A stretch of 64,000 nucleotides of DNA from Octopus sinensis (taxonomy: Eukaryota). A program made the position numbers and the translations under genes. Shown here piece after piece: positions 25,138 to 37,589 of this stretch. The first letter of the stretch is position 1. The number at the start of each line of letters is the position of its first letter. The notes beneath the pieces were generated by a model. That model did not search any database. It worked only from the letters and a program-made list of their open reading frames with translations, and was not told the DNA's origin. The stretch is from assembly GCF_006345805.1 (NCBI RefSeq), contig NC_043003.1:113708001-113772000 (forward strand), given 5' to 3'.

Positions 25138-25367
25138 GGCGGCGAGCTGGCAGAAACGTTAGCACGCCGGGCAAAATGCGTAGCGGTATTTTGTCTGTCG
25201 ATACGTTCCGAGTTCAAATTCTGCCGAGGTCGACTTTGCCTTTCATCCTTTCGGGTCGATAAATTAAGTACCAGTTACGCACTGGGGTCGATGAAATCAA
25301 CTTAATCCCTTTGTCTGTCCTTGTTTGTCCCCTCTGTGTTTAGCCCCTTGTGGGTAGTAAAGAAATA
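25138..25367 (+). mobile_element. SINE family B, full length with TSD
   Basis: TSD TATCTAAAAA(A)G at 25126-25137 and 25368-25378. Confidence 0.85.
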
Positions 25368-25411
25368 TATCTAAAAAGTATGACATAACGAAAGCTGCCC
25401 CGACACCACAG

Positions 25412-25448
<37 letters not shown>

Positions 25449-25609
25449 CCACACACATGCATGAAGAAGCACCAAGATGTTGATGAACATATAAAGCATC
25501 TCAATTAAAGCTCGATGTCTTGCTCTCCGGTTGGGTCTTTGCAACTGTCTATCAATATAAATCCACCTCTTCAAATCTCTGCCATGATTCTTCATTTGCC
25601 TTCTTCTCT

Positions 25610-26270
25610 CTCTTCTGCTTTTTCTGAACCCTAACCATCATTCCTCATCCTTATTGCTGATGTTGCCATAATACAAAGCCATCATCTTCATGGCTATCAC
25701 TACCATCATCAATGCCATTAAAATACCATTATTGCAACCATTATTGTTATCGACATCATCATTATTATGATTATAACTAACAGCATATTAAATATAATCA
25801 GGGCTGTTGCTGCCATCATCACCATCACCATCACCATCATCATCATCATCATCATCCATTTTAGCTTTAACAATCATGGTGTTCTAGTCACCGATAAATG
25901 TCCTTCCTGTCACTGCTTCCTGGTTCCATTCTATGAAAGAGAGGAGAAGAACACATTTGGTGCAACACTGGTCCATCCCAAGTAAGATCATTTGATGAAG
26001 TGCTGCTGCCTGTCTATGTTTCACTGGCATATGGGTTGACTAAAACAAGCAGATGAGCAGCATTTATGTGGTTGCTCAGCATGCTAGAAATAGCAACCAA
26101 ATCTAATACAAAATCAAATTGTAAAATATGAAAAGGAAGGAGCTATATGTAGCACAGAAAGGGGAAAGATTAGCTTGCTTAGAAAACGGTGAGGGTTTGC
26201 AACAGGCAAGGCTCCTTGCTATTGAAAATGTGTTTCAACAAATTCTCTGACCCATGGACGCATAGGACAA
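25610..26270. repeat. Inverted copy of 12917-13565
   Basis: See 12917-13565. Confidence 0.9.
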
Positions 26271-26698
26271 TGGATGTTAAATGATGACCATGTATAATGG
26301 ATGTGTGTGTGTGTGTGTTAGTAATTGTGAGAGTAAATATACTGATAACATTTCTTTATACAAAGTGTGATTAGTAGAGACGTATCAGGAGGTCTTTCAA
26401 ATGCTGTGAGTTCATAAAACTATATCTGCTTTGTATTAATTCGACAGAAAATTAATACAGTAAGTGTGTAAAGTGGTTCCATTAATAATTTCCAGAAAGA
26501 ATTCTTTTTTTCTTTTGGAGGGAAATATGAACTTCCAGAAAAAAAAAATCATTTGATGTTAAAAGTTTATGAGAAAAACAATATTTTTTGTCTACACATG
26601 CAAATGGAAAAGAATAAAGGCCTTTTTATTGAAAGAAAAAGAAACAGCTAAGGTGCGAAAATTAAGGCACAAGAGTTCTTTAACTGTTTATACCTCAA

Positions 26699-27096
26699 CT
26701 AGCAGTATCGCCCGGCGTTGCTCGGGTTTGTAAGGGAAATAGCTATATAAGCATTTTTAGAGATGTAAAGTATAATAGCCATCTCAATATGGCTAACCAC
26801 AAAAGGGGGGGGGGGTGTTACTGTAGCTTTTTACGTTCTGAGATTTAATAATAAATTTTTAGAGAGTTATTTCCCTTATATATGCCAAAAATGCATTAAA
26901 AATGGGAAAAATTGATGGTAAATTTTTTTTTAAATCGTAGAATCATCGTAGACGCACACTAATACCCAGAAGGGCTCGATATGAATCACGACTATAAGAT
27001 ACCTGGTTTTGGTTAAACTGCACCGCAAAATGTGGGAGTAGTTAGGAATCTAAATCGCAGGAGACAGACACACAACCTTACTTTTATATATAAAGA
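26699..27096 (-). mobile_element. Non-autonomous Helitron (~400 bp)
   Basis: Minus strand A|TCTTTATATATAAAAG...GTGTGTCTGTCT... ending CCCGAGCAACGCCGGG hairpin, CGATACTG, CTAG|T; no TSD; inserted in an AT dinucleotide. Confidence 0.8.
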
Positions 27097-27690
27097 TATA
27101 TCTAGTTTAATGCACTGAAGAGGTATTAGTAATCTGTGAAAGACTGCAAAGCAAATGAAGCCTCATATTGAAATAAATTCATTTGCCAGTTCATTCTATG
27201 TCATTTTTTCATACTTGCTTAAGTTCGAGGGAGACAATTACAGGCAGGATTTTACAGCAGCAGACTTTTCCCCAGTACCAGCCCTTATGTGTTTTGCAAG
27301 TGTTTTTTTTTTTTTATTTTTATTGAACAGGTCTTCAAAGGTGGAGAAAATCTCATCATAAAGTCAAAAAGGAATGTAAACATCATTCACTATTTTGCTG
27401 ACATAGGATGTGGTGTAAATATCAACACACAAACAGCCACCCCCATATCTATACAAATGAAAGTGGCACTCAACACATTTGGCATGAGTTACACATATTT
27501 TTTAGCAACAGTTTAACTCTGCTTCATATGACATGAGCAAACCCATCTTATCAGATATTGGGACATATTTGATGAGATAAGTCTGTCCTGCACACCCACA
27601 AAACTAAATCATATGGAGCTGCATCAAACTGTTATTTGTGCTTATAAGCATGTGTGCGTATATATATATATATATATGTATGTATATATA

Positions 27691-28019
27691 TTACGGAGAT
27701 GTACTTGCATAGCAAGTGACCTGATCTGAGATCATGTGCTGGAACAACAGCAATTGCAACATGGAAGGTGTTTATAAGCCATTTTAAAACACAAAAACCG
27801 TTAGATTCACTTTAACATTTAAATTTAATTTGGCAAAATATTTTCGTCGCTTTGAGGCCGCGACCTGTTCAGTGATGCAGCATGGAATTCTGTCAGTGAA
27901 AAGGCCACTGCCTTAAAGTGACGAAAATATTTTGGCAAATTAAATTTAAATGTTGACGTGAATCTAACAGTTTTTGTGTGTTTCTTAAATGGCTTATAAA
28001 CACCTTCCATGCTGCAATT
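27691..28019. mobile_element. Family E element (putative Penelope-like) inserted as a >100-bp inverted duplication; variant hammerhead-like fold in each arm
   Basis: Arms ~27751-27875 and ~27891-28019 are reverse complements; homologous to 42650-42833; flanked by (TA)n/(TG)n. Confidence 0.65.
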
Positions 28020-28879
28020 ATATGTGTGTGCATATATATACATATATACACACACACAAGCAGAACTGTGTGGTTCATAGGTTTCTTTCAAAACCATACA
28101 CAGGAGGTTTTAGGTTCTTCCCTCTGTCTGCTGGAGTCTTCTACACTATCCATAGGTTGACCAATGCCTTGTGAATGAAATTTGGTAAACTGTGACTGGA
28201 AAAGACCTATTGTGTGAGCATGCGTGCATATGTCTTCCTTTTCCTGACATCTTCACACTAAATGGAAAGAAATGTCACTCTCACCCAATGTCATTTATTT
28301 ACGCTCCTCCACAAAAGTATGTTGGCCACTGAGCTACTCATTATTCAAAGGATTAGGGGCAAATATAACCTTGCTTGGATGGTGTGGGAAGAGTTTTTCT
28401 GTATGACCTTAGAAAAACTTGCCTCAACAAAATTCCATCTTACCTATGGAAGCATAGAAAACTGATGAGGATGACAATATAGAACCATCTCACCACAGTT
28501 ACCATCAATTAAATTCACTCACCAGGCATTGGTTGACCTGAAGTTTCATTAGAGGACACTTGCTCAGCTGCAGTGCAATGAAACTTAAAAATCCTTCACT
28601 CAAACAGACAAGTCTTCAATCTTGATTTTTTTCACACAATGACTTAACGAGTGTTATACTATTTTCTTAATTTGTAATACTTTTGCCAGAGCATATTTTT
28701 CTGAAATTTATTTTATTTTTTATTCGTGAAAAAAAAAGTTGTTAACAAACAGTCCCATGGTTTTTTGCTGACAATTCTTTTTTCCTGCTTTGTAGGGTTG
28801 GTAGTGCCCAATCTTTCTGCTGTTTTCATGGCTATCATAGTCATGGCTGATGCCGTTGTTTCATAGTTGGTACCCATGC

Positions 28880-29045
28880 TGGTGGCATGGGAAAAACACA
28901 CTCTTGGAGTGGTTGGCATTAAGAAGAGCATCCAGCTGTAGAAACCATGCCAAATCAGACTGAAACCTGGTGCAGCTCCCTAGCTTTACAGTTTTTGATC
29001 AAACCGTCCAACCCATGCCAGCATAGAAAACAGGCAAATGATGAT
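28880..29045 (+). mobile_element. Truncated RTE-type LINE 3' end (family D)
   Basis: GGAGTGGTTGGCATTAAGAAGAGCATCCAGCTGTAGAAAC...CCAACCCATGCCAGCATAGAAAAC..AAATGATGAT. Confidence 0.7.
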
Positions 29046-29199
29046 AAAATACTTATATCCTTTACTGTATTTATAGTCATACCTCAAGGATTTGTACCCA
29101 GTATAAAAGCAGGGCAGATAGTAGAAGTGTGTTTTGTGTGCCTGGGGCACTTTTACGAGCATTTGAATGTGTTCTTGTGAAAACACACAGGTGTACATA

Positions 29200-29460
29200 T
29201 GTGTGTGAACATGAATGTGTGTAAGTTTTAAGTGTGTGTGTGCGCGTGTGTGTGCGTGTGCGTGTGCGTGTGCGTGTGGTGTGTGTGTGTGTGTCTGGTA
29301 GTGGAGGTATGTGTGAACATGAATATGTGTAAGTTTTAAGTGTGTGTGTGTGTGGTGTGTGTGTGTGTCTAGTAGTGGAGATATGTGTAAACATGTATAT
29401 GTGTAAGTTTTAAGCATGTGTGTGTATGTGTGTGTGTGTGTGTGGTAGTGGAGGTATGTG
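29200..29460. repeat. Three-unit compound minisatellite with a variable internal (GT)n
   Basis: Unit GTGTGAACATGAAT.TGTGTAAGTTTTAAG-(GT)n-GTAGTGGAG.TAT repeated three times. Confidence 0.8.
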
Positions 29461-30273
29461 CGTGTTGGTAGAAAAGTATTTGAGTGCTACACGAGGAGTT
29501 ACTTCTTAATGCTTTAATTTTTGTCATCTTGTCTATTCTTTCCTCAAAAGCACTTTTCTTCTCTTTTTTGCCCTTTCATTATCTTCATACACTTTCAACA
29601 TTAAGGGATCTTTTTTTATTTTACCTAGAAATCCTTGCACACCTCATAAAAATTCTAATTTCAAGAAATTATTTATTAAACCATTTTGCACAACATTTTC
29701 CACTTAAATTTTCTGTTAAACATTAATAAAGCAGATATAGTTCAGATATATAATAAAGCAGATATAGTCCCTTAAACACTGCCCCCTGATTTCATATTTT
29801 CATTAAAAAAAAAAAAGCACTCAGTAAACTGTCAAATCTTAACATAGGATTTAAGTTATCTCAAAATCTGTTTAAAAATGATTTTGAATTGTTTTTCATA
29901 TTTTTCAAAGTTTTTCAAGTAGAGTATAAGCACTGGCTGTCCTTGTTTCAGGCTCTACCACCACCAGAAAACTGTGTGACAAAGTAATGTTGGTAGGGCT
30001 TTCAATTTCCTTTACACACACACATACACACACACACACAAACAAACAAACAAACAAATGCAGAATGAGAGAGAGAGTGAGAAACAGGATTGTGATTTAA
30101 ATTCGTTTGTCATGTTTACTGAAAATGTGAGGCCCCTTTGTTTTTATTTTGTCACTCCCGAAATGTAAGGGGAAAAAGTTATATTACACTACTCAAGAAA
30201 TGGTGAACAATTTCATCTAGTAAGTATGTGGTCACCTGTGAGAAAATATAAAATATCTCCACAGGATACTTAC

Positions 30274-30370
30274 CTAGGCACAGGGCATACGTTATGATGA
30301 CCTCACGTCGTCTGGAAGTGTCTCATCTTGTGTTGGTAAAATGATCTGCTAGATAACCACAAGTGCAGAT
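30274..30370 (-). other. Probable 97-nt non-coding (5'UTR) exon of the minus-strand gene
   Basis: Acceptor TATTTTTCCTTCTGTTTCAG| and donor CTAG|GTAAGTAT on the minus strand; stops in all three frames; same strand as, and upstream of, the 19727-20002 exon. Confidence 0.55.
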
Positions 30371-30675
30371 CTGAAACAGAAGGAAAAATACCATGAAACT
30401 CACACTGTAAATTACAGTGATAGAAATCGACTCATATATATTGCATAACATTTTCTTTTTAGATGCAATGCCACAAATGTAGAGCAAAGCAGAAAGGTAT
30501 TTTAAAATGCTCACATGTTCAGTTAAAACAACCGTGGAAGTATAAAAAAACCAAAATCCCTTTTAAAGTGAACTGAAATGACAACATAGAATGTCTTATT
30601 GAGATGTTACATCTTGCTCTGGCTGCAAGGCACACACACACACACACACACACACACAATATATATATATATATA

Positions 30676-31030
30676 TCATCATTATCGTTTAACGTCCGCT
30701 TTCCATGCTGGCATGGGTTGGACGGTTCAACTGTGGTCTGTGAAGCCAGAAGGCTGCATCAGGCCCAGTCTGATCTGGCAGTGTTTCTACGGCTGGATGC
30801 CCTTCCTAATGCCAACCACTCCGTGAGTGTAGTGGGTGCTTTTTACGTGCCACCGGCACGGGGGCCAGGAGAGGCTGGCAACGGCCACGAACGGATGGTG
30901 CTTTTTACGTGCCACTGGCACGGAGGCCAGTCGGGGCGGCGCTGGCAACGGCCATGATCGGATGGTTCGCTTACTTGTCACCGGCACTGGTATCACAGTT
31001 GCAATTTCCATTGATGTTGATCAACTTCGA
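30676..31030 (-). mobile_element. Family D LINE 3' end with an internal 62/67-bp tandem repeat
   Basis: Family D tail at 30676-30834, then units 30835-30896 and 30897-30963 plus a partial third unit. Confidence 0.75.
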
Positions 31031-31070
31031 TTTTGGTTCTGCTTTCTGATATTTGGTTTGATTTTGATTT

Positions 31071-31106
<36 letters not shown>

Positions 31107-31111
<5 letters not shown>

Positions 31112-32061
31112 TATGTGTGTGTGTGTGTGTGTAACTTAAGCATAGATACTAATGACCAAGTGTTAGAACTTGATATACATTTGCTTCAGAATAAAGCGTT
31201 TTTCAAGTACAGAACAGAAAATGAAATTAGATGAATGACAAAGGAACAGAAAGTGATGCAAAGAACTTCATTAGTTTACAGCCGTGTTTGCTGTGAGGAG
31301 ATGCAGGATACTCAAAGCTGAGTAGTGCTAGTGTATAACCTTATAGTTTCCTCAGAGCTTCAGAAATGAAGTTCATTGCATAATTTTATGTTCCTTTGCC
31401 ATTTGTTTAATTTCATATATATACATATATGTTAGGAAGGGCATCCAGCCGTAGAAACACTGCCAAATCTGACTGGGCCTGATGAAGCCTTCCGGCTTCA
31501 CAGACCCCAGTTAAACCGTCCAACCCATGCTAGCCTGGAAAACGGACGCTAAATGATGATGATGATATATATATATATATATGTACGTTGATTGATTGAT
31601 ATAGATGTGGAGACTTACATACAGGACTTTAAGCTTCTGTGTCAACAAACTGATGACCATTGCACATCTTCAGCTGTTCGAGTCCAGTGTGCATGGCACC
31701 ATTGATTACAAAAATGAAAATATGGACATTGATGGCGAGCAGAAAAAAATCTACCCTCAGCATTAGATCATTCAAGGAAAACAACTTTTTCAAGCTTCAT
31801 TGCAAGATCTTGGTAAAAAGAAATTCTTATTATGTATAGGCTAAAATAATGTAAAGATATGAATATAAAGCAGTAAATTAAAACAAAAAAATACATACAA
31901 ACCCAGAGTAAATACACAAATAAATGAAAAAAAAAAATATACAACCTGGCTAAATTAGAGATAGGACTAGTATAGGACCACCTCATAAAGGAGATAATAC
32001 AGATGTTAAAGACCAGAATAGACACCAACCTAAGCAAGTCAATTCCCTTGACATATATATA

Positions 32062-32093
<32 letters not shown>

Positions 32094-33038
32094 GTACATA
32101 TGTGTGTGTGTGTGTGTGTAACTTAAGCATAGATACTAATGACCAAGTGTTAGAACTTGATATACATTTGCTTCAGAATAAAGCGTTTTTCAAGTACAGA
32201 ACAGAAAATGAAATTAGATGAATGACAAAGGAACAGAAAGTGATGCAAAGAACTTCATTAGTTTACAGCTGTGTTTGCTGTGAGGAGATGCAGGATACTC
32301 AAAGCTGAGTAGTGCTAGTGTATAACCTTATAGTTTCCTCAGAGCTTCAGAAATGAAGTTCATTGCATAATTTTATGTTCCTTTGCCATTTGTTTAATTT
32401 CATATATATACATATATGTTAGGAAGGGCATCCAGCCGTAGAAACACTGCCAAATCTGACTGGGCCTGATGAAGCCTTCCGGCTTCACAGACCCCAGTTA
32501 AACCGTCCAACCCATGCTAGCCTGGAAAACGGACGCTAAATGATGATGATGATATATATATATATATATATGTACGTTGATTGATTGATATAGATGTGGA
32601 GACTTACATACAGGACTTTAAGCTTCTGTGTCAACAAACTGATGACCATTGCACATCTTCAGCTGTTCGAGTCCAGTGTGCATGGCACCATTGATTACAA
32701 AAATGAAAATATGGACATTGATGGCGAGCAGAAAAAAATCTACCCTCAGCATTAGATCATTCAAGGAAAACAACTTTTTCAAGCTTCATTGCAAGATCTT
32801 GGTAAAAAGAAATTCTTATTATGTATAGGCTAAAATAATGTAAAGATATGAATATAAAGCGGTAAATTAAAACAAAAAAATACATACAAACCCAGAGTAA
32901 ATACACAAATAAATGAAAAAAAAAAATATACAACCTGGCTAAATTAGAGATAGGACTAGTATAGGACCACCTCATAAAGGAGATAATACAGATGTTAAAG
33001 ACCAGAATAGACACCAACCTAAGCAAGTCAATTCCCTT

Positions 33039-33041
<3 letters not shown>
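31107..33041. repeat. Near-perfect direct tandem duplication (~950-bp units, period ~988) bounded by (TA)n
   Basis: 31107-32052 versus 32094-33041 differ, by eye, in two substitutions (CCG/CTG, GCA/GCG) and in TA-repeat length. Confidence 0.9.
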
Positions 33042-33080
<39 letters not shown>

Positions 33081-33081
<1 letters not shown>

Positions 33082-33270
33082 GTTAAAAAAAACACAAACT
33101 GGGACAAGAACGTGAAACATTTTGAAGACGACAAAAAAACACACAGACGGGACTTTCGAAGCTCTCAGTCATCAGTCAAGAACCAGATCATCTTCGCAAT
33201 TTCGGCTGATTAATCTTGAGATTGCTCCAATCTGGGCAGCCCGCCAAGGGAAATCTAAGCCAGTCGCATT
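33081..33270 (-). mobile_element. Short repeat (family F2), homologous to 60385-60510
   Basis: Shared AAACTGGGACAAGAACGT..AAGACGA..TTCGAAGC..CAGTCAAGAACC.GATCATC..GCAATTTCGGCT; flanked by (TA)n. Confidence 0.55.
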
Positions 33271-33835
33271 AGATTCACATATATATATACACACACATAT
33301 ATATACACATATATACATACACATACATACATACATAAATACAATAAGTTTTCACTATGTATTGACTATATAAAATAGTCTAATATTAGGGCATTTAAAC
33401 TGCCGATGGAAAAAATGGGCCCTAGTTCATGTGGAAAATGAACCCACACCACTTATTTTCACAAATAGGCTTGCTGGCTGATTGCACCAAAATACTCATC
33501 CACTTCCTCCATTGAATATGATTTCATAGTGGTAAGTGTGTAAACATATGTGCTTTGTGTGTAAATTAACAGAGTGGGATGAGTAAAAATCTTGTAAATA
33601 TATTTATAAGTTTCCACCTTATATTGGCTGTAGAAAATAGTCTAAAATTTAGGCATAGAAGGCCCTAATGGCGAAAGAAAATTGGCATTAATATGCATGA
33701 AAAAGTAACCCATTTCTTCTGCCAGGGATTTAGATACCCTAATATTATTAACCTATTTTCTATAGTAAGTATATGTCACGAAAACTTATTACATTTACAA
33801 AATATTAGACTCAATACCATTTCTTAATTTACACA

Positions 33836-33972
33836 GAATGAATGAATAAATAAATAAATAAATAAATAAATGTATGTATGTATGTATGTATGTATGTATG
33901 TATGTATGTATGTATGTATGTATGTATGTATGTGTGTGTGTGTATTTATATATGTATGTATGCATGCATGTA

Positions 33973-34038
<66 letters not shown>

Positions 34039-34075
34039 CATGCATGCATGAATGAATGAATGTATGTATGTGTAG
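33836..34075. repeat. Compound microsatellite (AATG)(AAAT)n(TATG)n(TG)n
   Basis: Directly visible; source of four spurious ORFs in the track. Confidence 0.95.
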
Positions 34076-34354
34076 ATATACATATATATATGTATTGTTG
34101 CTATTACAAAAAGTGTCATAAGTCTAAACTGTTGCTTTTTCAGAAAGCAAAAAAATAGTTTTTACCATTTTGTAGCAAAACCATTGTACTACACTTTGAC
34201 AATTTTTGATATCTTGGCATCTAAAGCAGCTGGAGATATGATAGTTTGGCCAAAAGAACCAGTTATTGCAAGCAAAACTAAATATTGAAAAAAAAACGCA
34301 TTTGGCCAAATTTGGACATACGACAGTTTAACATAACTATATATATATATAGTC

Positions 34355-34539
34355 AATAATAATAAGGGTAAAATTAATTAATTAATTAATTAGTAATTAA
34401 TAATTTTACCAAGCAGTGCTCAGTATGTAAAAGGACCATTTACGGTAAATTTAAACATTATTTTATATAATTAGGGTTCAGCAAAAATTTGGTGTGTGGT
34501 AAAGCAATTTTTGCTGAACCCTAATTATATAAAATAATG

Positions 34540-34545
<6 letters not shown>
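34355..34545 (-). mobile_element. Family F1 copy with perfect 36-bp fold-back
   Basis: Arms 34454-34489 and 34506-34541 are exact reverse complements; homologous to 5325-5540; flanked by (TA)n. Confidence 0.5.
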
Positions 34546-34578
<33 letters not shown>

Positions 34579-35671
34579 CACTTGGTTGTAGATGTGTGTG
34601 TGTGTGTATGGTATATCTCACTTTCTTCCCACATGACACTTAAATTTATTGTCATATTTTCTTTTATCTTATTTTTGCTTTTTTTAAAACAAATTTTAAT
34701 AGAATTAAAAATCGACCAGGAGCTGCAATAGAATACAATTGCTGAAGGTCCCATACGGTGGAGAAGCAAACATTCTACATAGCCATACCTATACACACAC
34801 TCACATGCATGACATACAGACACACAAATCGCTATGTGCTGTGCTACAAAATTCTGTCGCTTCATCATAAGGATACTATTCTTGCTATTAACAATTTATA
34901 ATAAATTTAGTTAGAATATACAAAATGTGGTAAATTTATATAGGAAATATATCACTCAAAAATTTTAACTAACTACAGAACCTACAGTTACGTATGACCT
35001 CTGCCATTTGTTGGGAATAAGAGAGGAAATGTAAAAACATTGATGAAAGAAGTCACATATTTACAACATACACTCAAACTTGGTGTGCGCGTGCCTGCAT
35101 GCATGTGTGTGTATGTGTACATATATATCTGTGCCTGAGTGTGTGTGTTCTTGGTTCACTAAGTGATCAATTGGGTAAGCCGATATATAAAGATAAAATA
35201 TTATTGCATTATAACTGAAAGGTTCATAATTTACAGTCAACTGAGTTTCACATGTTTGATCATTCAGCTGATAATCCAAGCTGATAATCTGTTTTCTCTT
35301 GACATGTCTTTTATTTGAATGTCTTTTGAAACATTACGTGACAGTAATCAAGAAAATGCATAGTTTTTTTTTAGAAAAATTGCACAGGTGATGTTGAAGA
35401 AAAGGTGTTTTGAGTTCACATTTTTCGTTTCATTTAAAATTCTCATGGGAATACACAAAACATTGAAAACCTCTTACAAAAGGGTCACTCTACGAACTGT
35501 CCTCATGAAATTTGTGTAATATTTTAAAAACAATATTTTGAAAATACTGTGACCTATATTTTTTTATTCCCCAAAGCTGAGGGAAATTCAAAGAGGCTTT
35601 ATTTACACAAAAGAGACTTAGCTCTGTGCAACACGATACTAATAATTCAGTTCTTTTTGTTCAAATTAGTG

Positions 35672-35702
<31 letters not shown>

Positions 35703-37349
35703 TGTGTGTGCATGCCTCTGTGTGTGTGTAGTTCACTTGTTTCCTCATTAAACAGAAGCTGGTATGTCAAAATTTACGCTTCTTATCCAAGTGTTGTCAT
35801 CCGCTTCCTATGAATCTGCTTTTTAGTTTATGTTCTGTTTTGTTTTCTTCTTTTGGCTTCCTTCATGCCAGAAAATATAGAAGCTATTGCAAGCTGAAAG
35901 ATGCCAACTGTCAGATGTGATTTTACAGATGAACATGACAATGTTAATATAAAGCTACACATTCTAGAGAAGAGATAAAGTTGATTAAATCATGCACAAT
36001 ACTTGACTGTTACTCATTTTATTAACCTCAAAAACTTGAATGCCAAAGTTAGTGTCCATAGGATTTCAATTGACAATGATGGCTATGATGGGTGTGTGTG
36101 CACATGCGTGTATGCGTGCGTGGGTGTGAGCGTAGGAGTGTGTGTGTGAGTGTAAATAGTAAACATATACTGAACTTCACAGAACACATGCCAATTAACT
36201 TAAAAAGAAGGTATTTCTCCTTGGAAGTGCCTCAAAATTCATTTAAATGGAGTGATAACAACCATAGTGTTATTGTAAGTAAAAGTTTATGGAGAAAAAA
36301 TACAGACACAGAGGGATGATGATGATGATTTCTAAGAACTGCTAATCTCGCAACAGATATTAAAGATTGGTAAACAATGTCAATTAGATAACAACAGCAC
36401 TACTAATTATTTCATTTCAATTTCTTCTATTGAACCCGTCTTAGTTTACTTAATTATTCTTACTTTTTTCCTTTTAGCTCTGTGTCTAATAATCCAGACA
36501 TCAATAGACCCATCGGTCTATCTTGCAATCAATTCATACAGATTCATTGACGTGACATTGCAAAAATGGTATAAGACTTTACAATACATTTATTGAGTAT
36601 TCCACCTCCTGAGTTCAAATCTCAACTAAGACAAACAGAACTTTTCATCTATCGAAGGTTCAAATTTATAAAAAAAACCCAGAGAAAATTGAATCGGTTT
36701 TACATCAGATGTCGAGCACTTAACTACAATATAGCCATTTTGGAATAGCAATATGGCATTTAAACAATATATACAGATGGTTCTAAGTACTGCAAGGCCC
36801 TCAACTATTTTTAACAGCAGCGAGCTAACAGAATCATTACCACACTAGGCAAAATGCAACTTAACAGTATTTCATCCATCTTTATGTTATGAGTTCAAAC
36901 TCCACCAATGTCAGATTTGCCCTTCATCCTTTCAAGGTCAATAAAATGAGTAACAGTTGAGCACCCCACCACCCCACCAAAAACTTTCAGGCCTTGTGCT
37001 TATAGAAGAAAGGAATTATTTCAAACGGCTCATTATTTCAGCAGTAATAATAATAACCCCAATGACCAAGCTTATTGATAGAGGAAAGTGATAGAAACAG
37101 TTGAAAGCCGGCCTAAATATTTCATGGCATTCTGTTATTTTCTTTAACATTTACATCTTGACTTCGACTTTAAATCTTTTAGGGTTCAATAAATAGGGAC
37201 CACTTATACAAATTTCTGGTCAATGTCATCCGGCTAAGCTTGGTAAAAATAGAGCACATCTCAATATTAGTTTGGTATCATCAACTGTCCATCACATCCT
37301 CTAAAAATTTATACCAATGTGGTTGTCTTGCAAATCATTATTATTATTA

Positions 37350-37589
37350 CTATTAATTACAAAAGCAGTGAACTGGCAAAATTATTTGATTGTCAGGAAA
37401 AATGCCATGTAGTATTCCTTCTGAGTTATGTTCTGCATTCAAATCCTGCTGGGGTCAGCTTTGCCTTTCATCTCTCCAGGGTTGAAGAAATAAAGTATCA
37501 ATCAAGTATTTGGATTGATGGCATCAACCAATACTCCACCCTTCTTGAAAGTGCAAGCCAGTGCCGAAATCTGAAACCATCATTACTAA
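37350..37589 (+). mobile_element. SINE family B' (old); another copy at ~36820-37020
   Basis: GCAGTGAACTGGCAAAA head...CATTCAAATCCTGCTGGGGTCAGCTTTGCCTTTCATC body. Confidence 0.6.

Noticed and set aside
27110-27150. TGCA-CTGAAGA...GAAA-GAC-TGCA
   Set aside because: Lacks the UH cleavage site and stem III; probably chance.
33140-33185. CTGATGA..GAAA (minus) in family F2, and CTGAAGA..GAAT at ~60440-60480
   Set aside because: Core-like words, but no convincing stem I, stem II or palindromic stem III.
36478-36570. Plus-strand acceptor with TACTAAT branch-like motif and an open frame
   Set aside because: Weak donor (GTATAA), antisense to the supported gene, no homology recognised.
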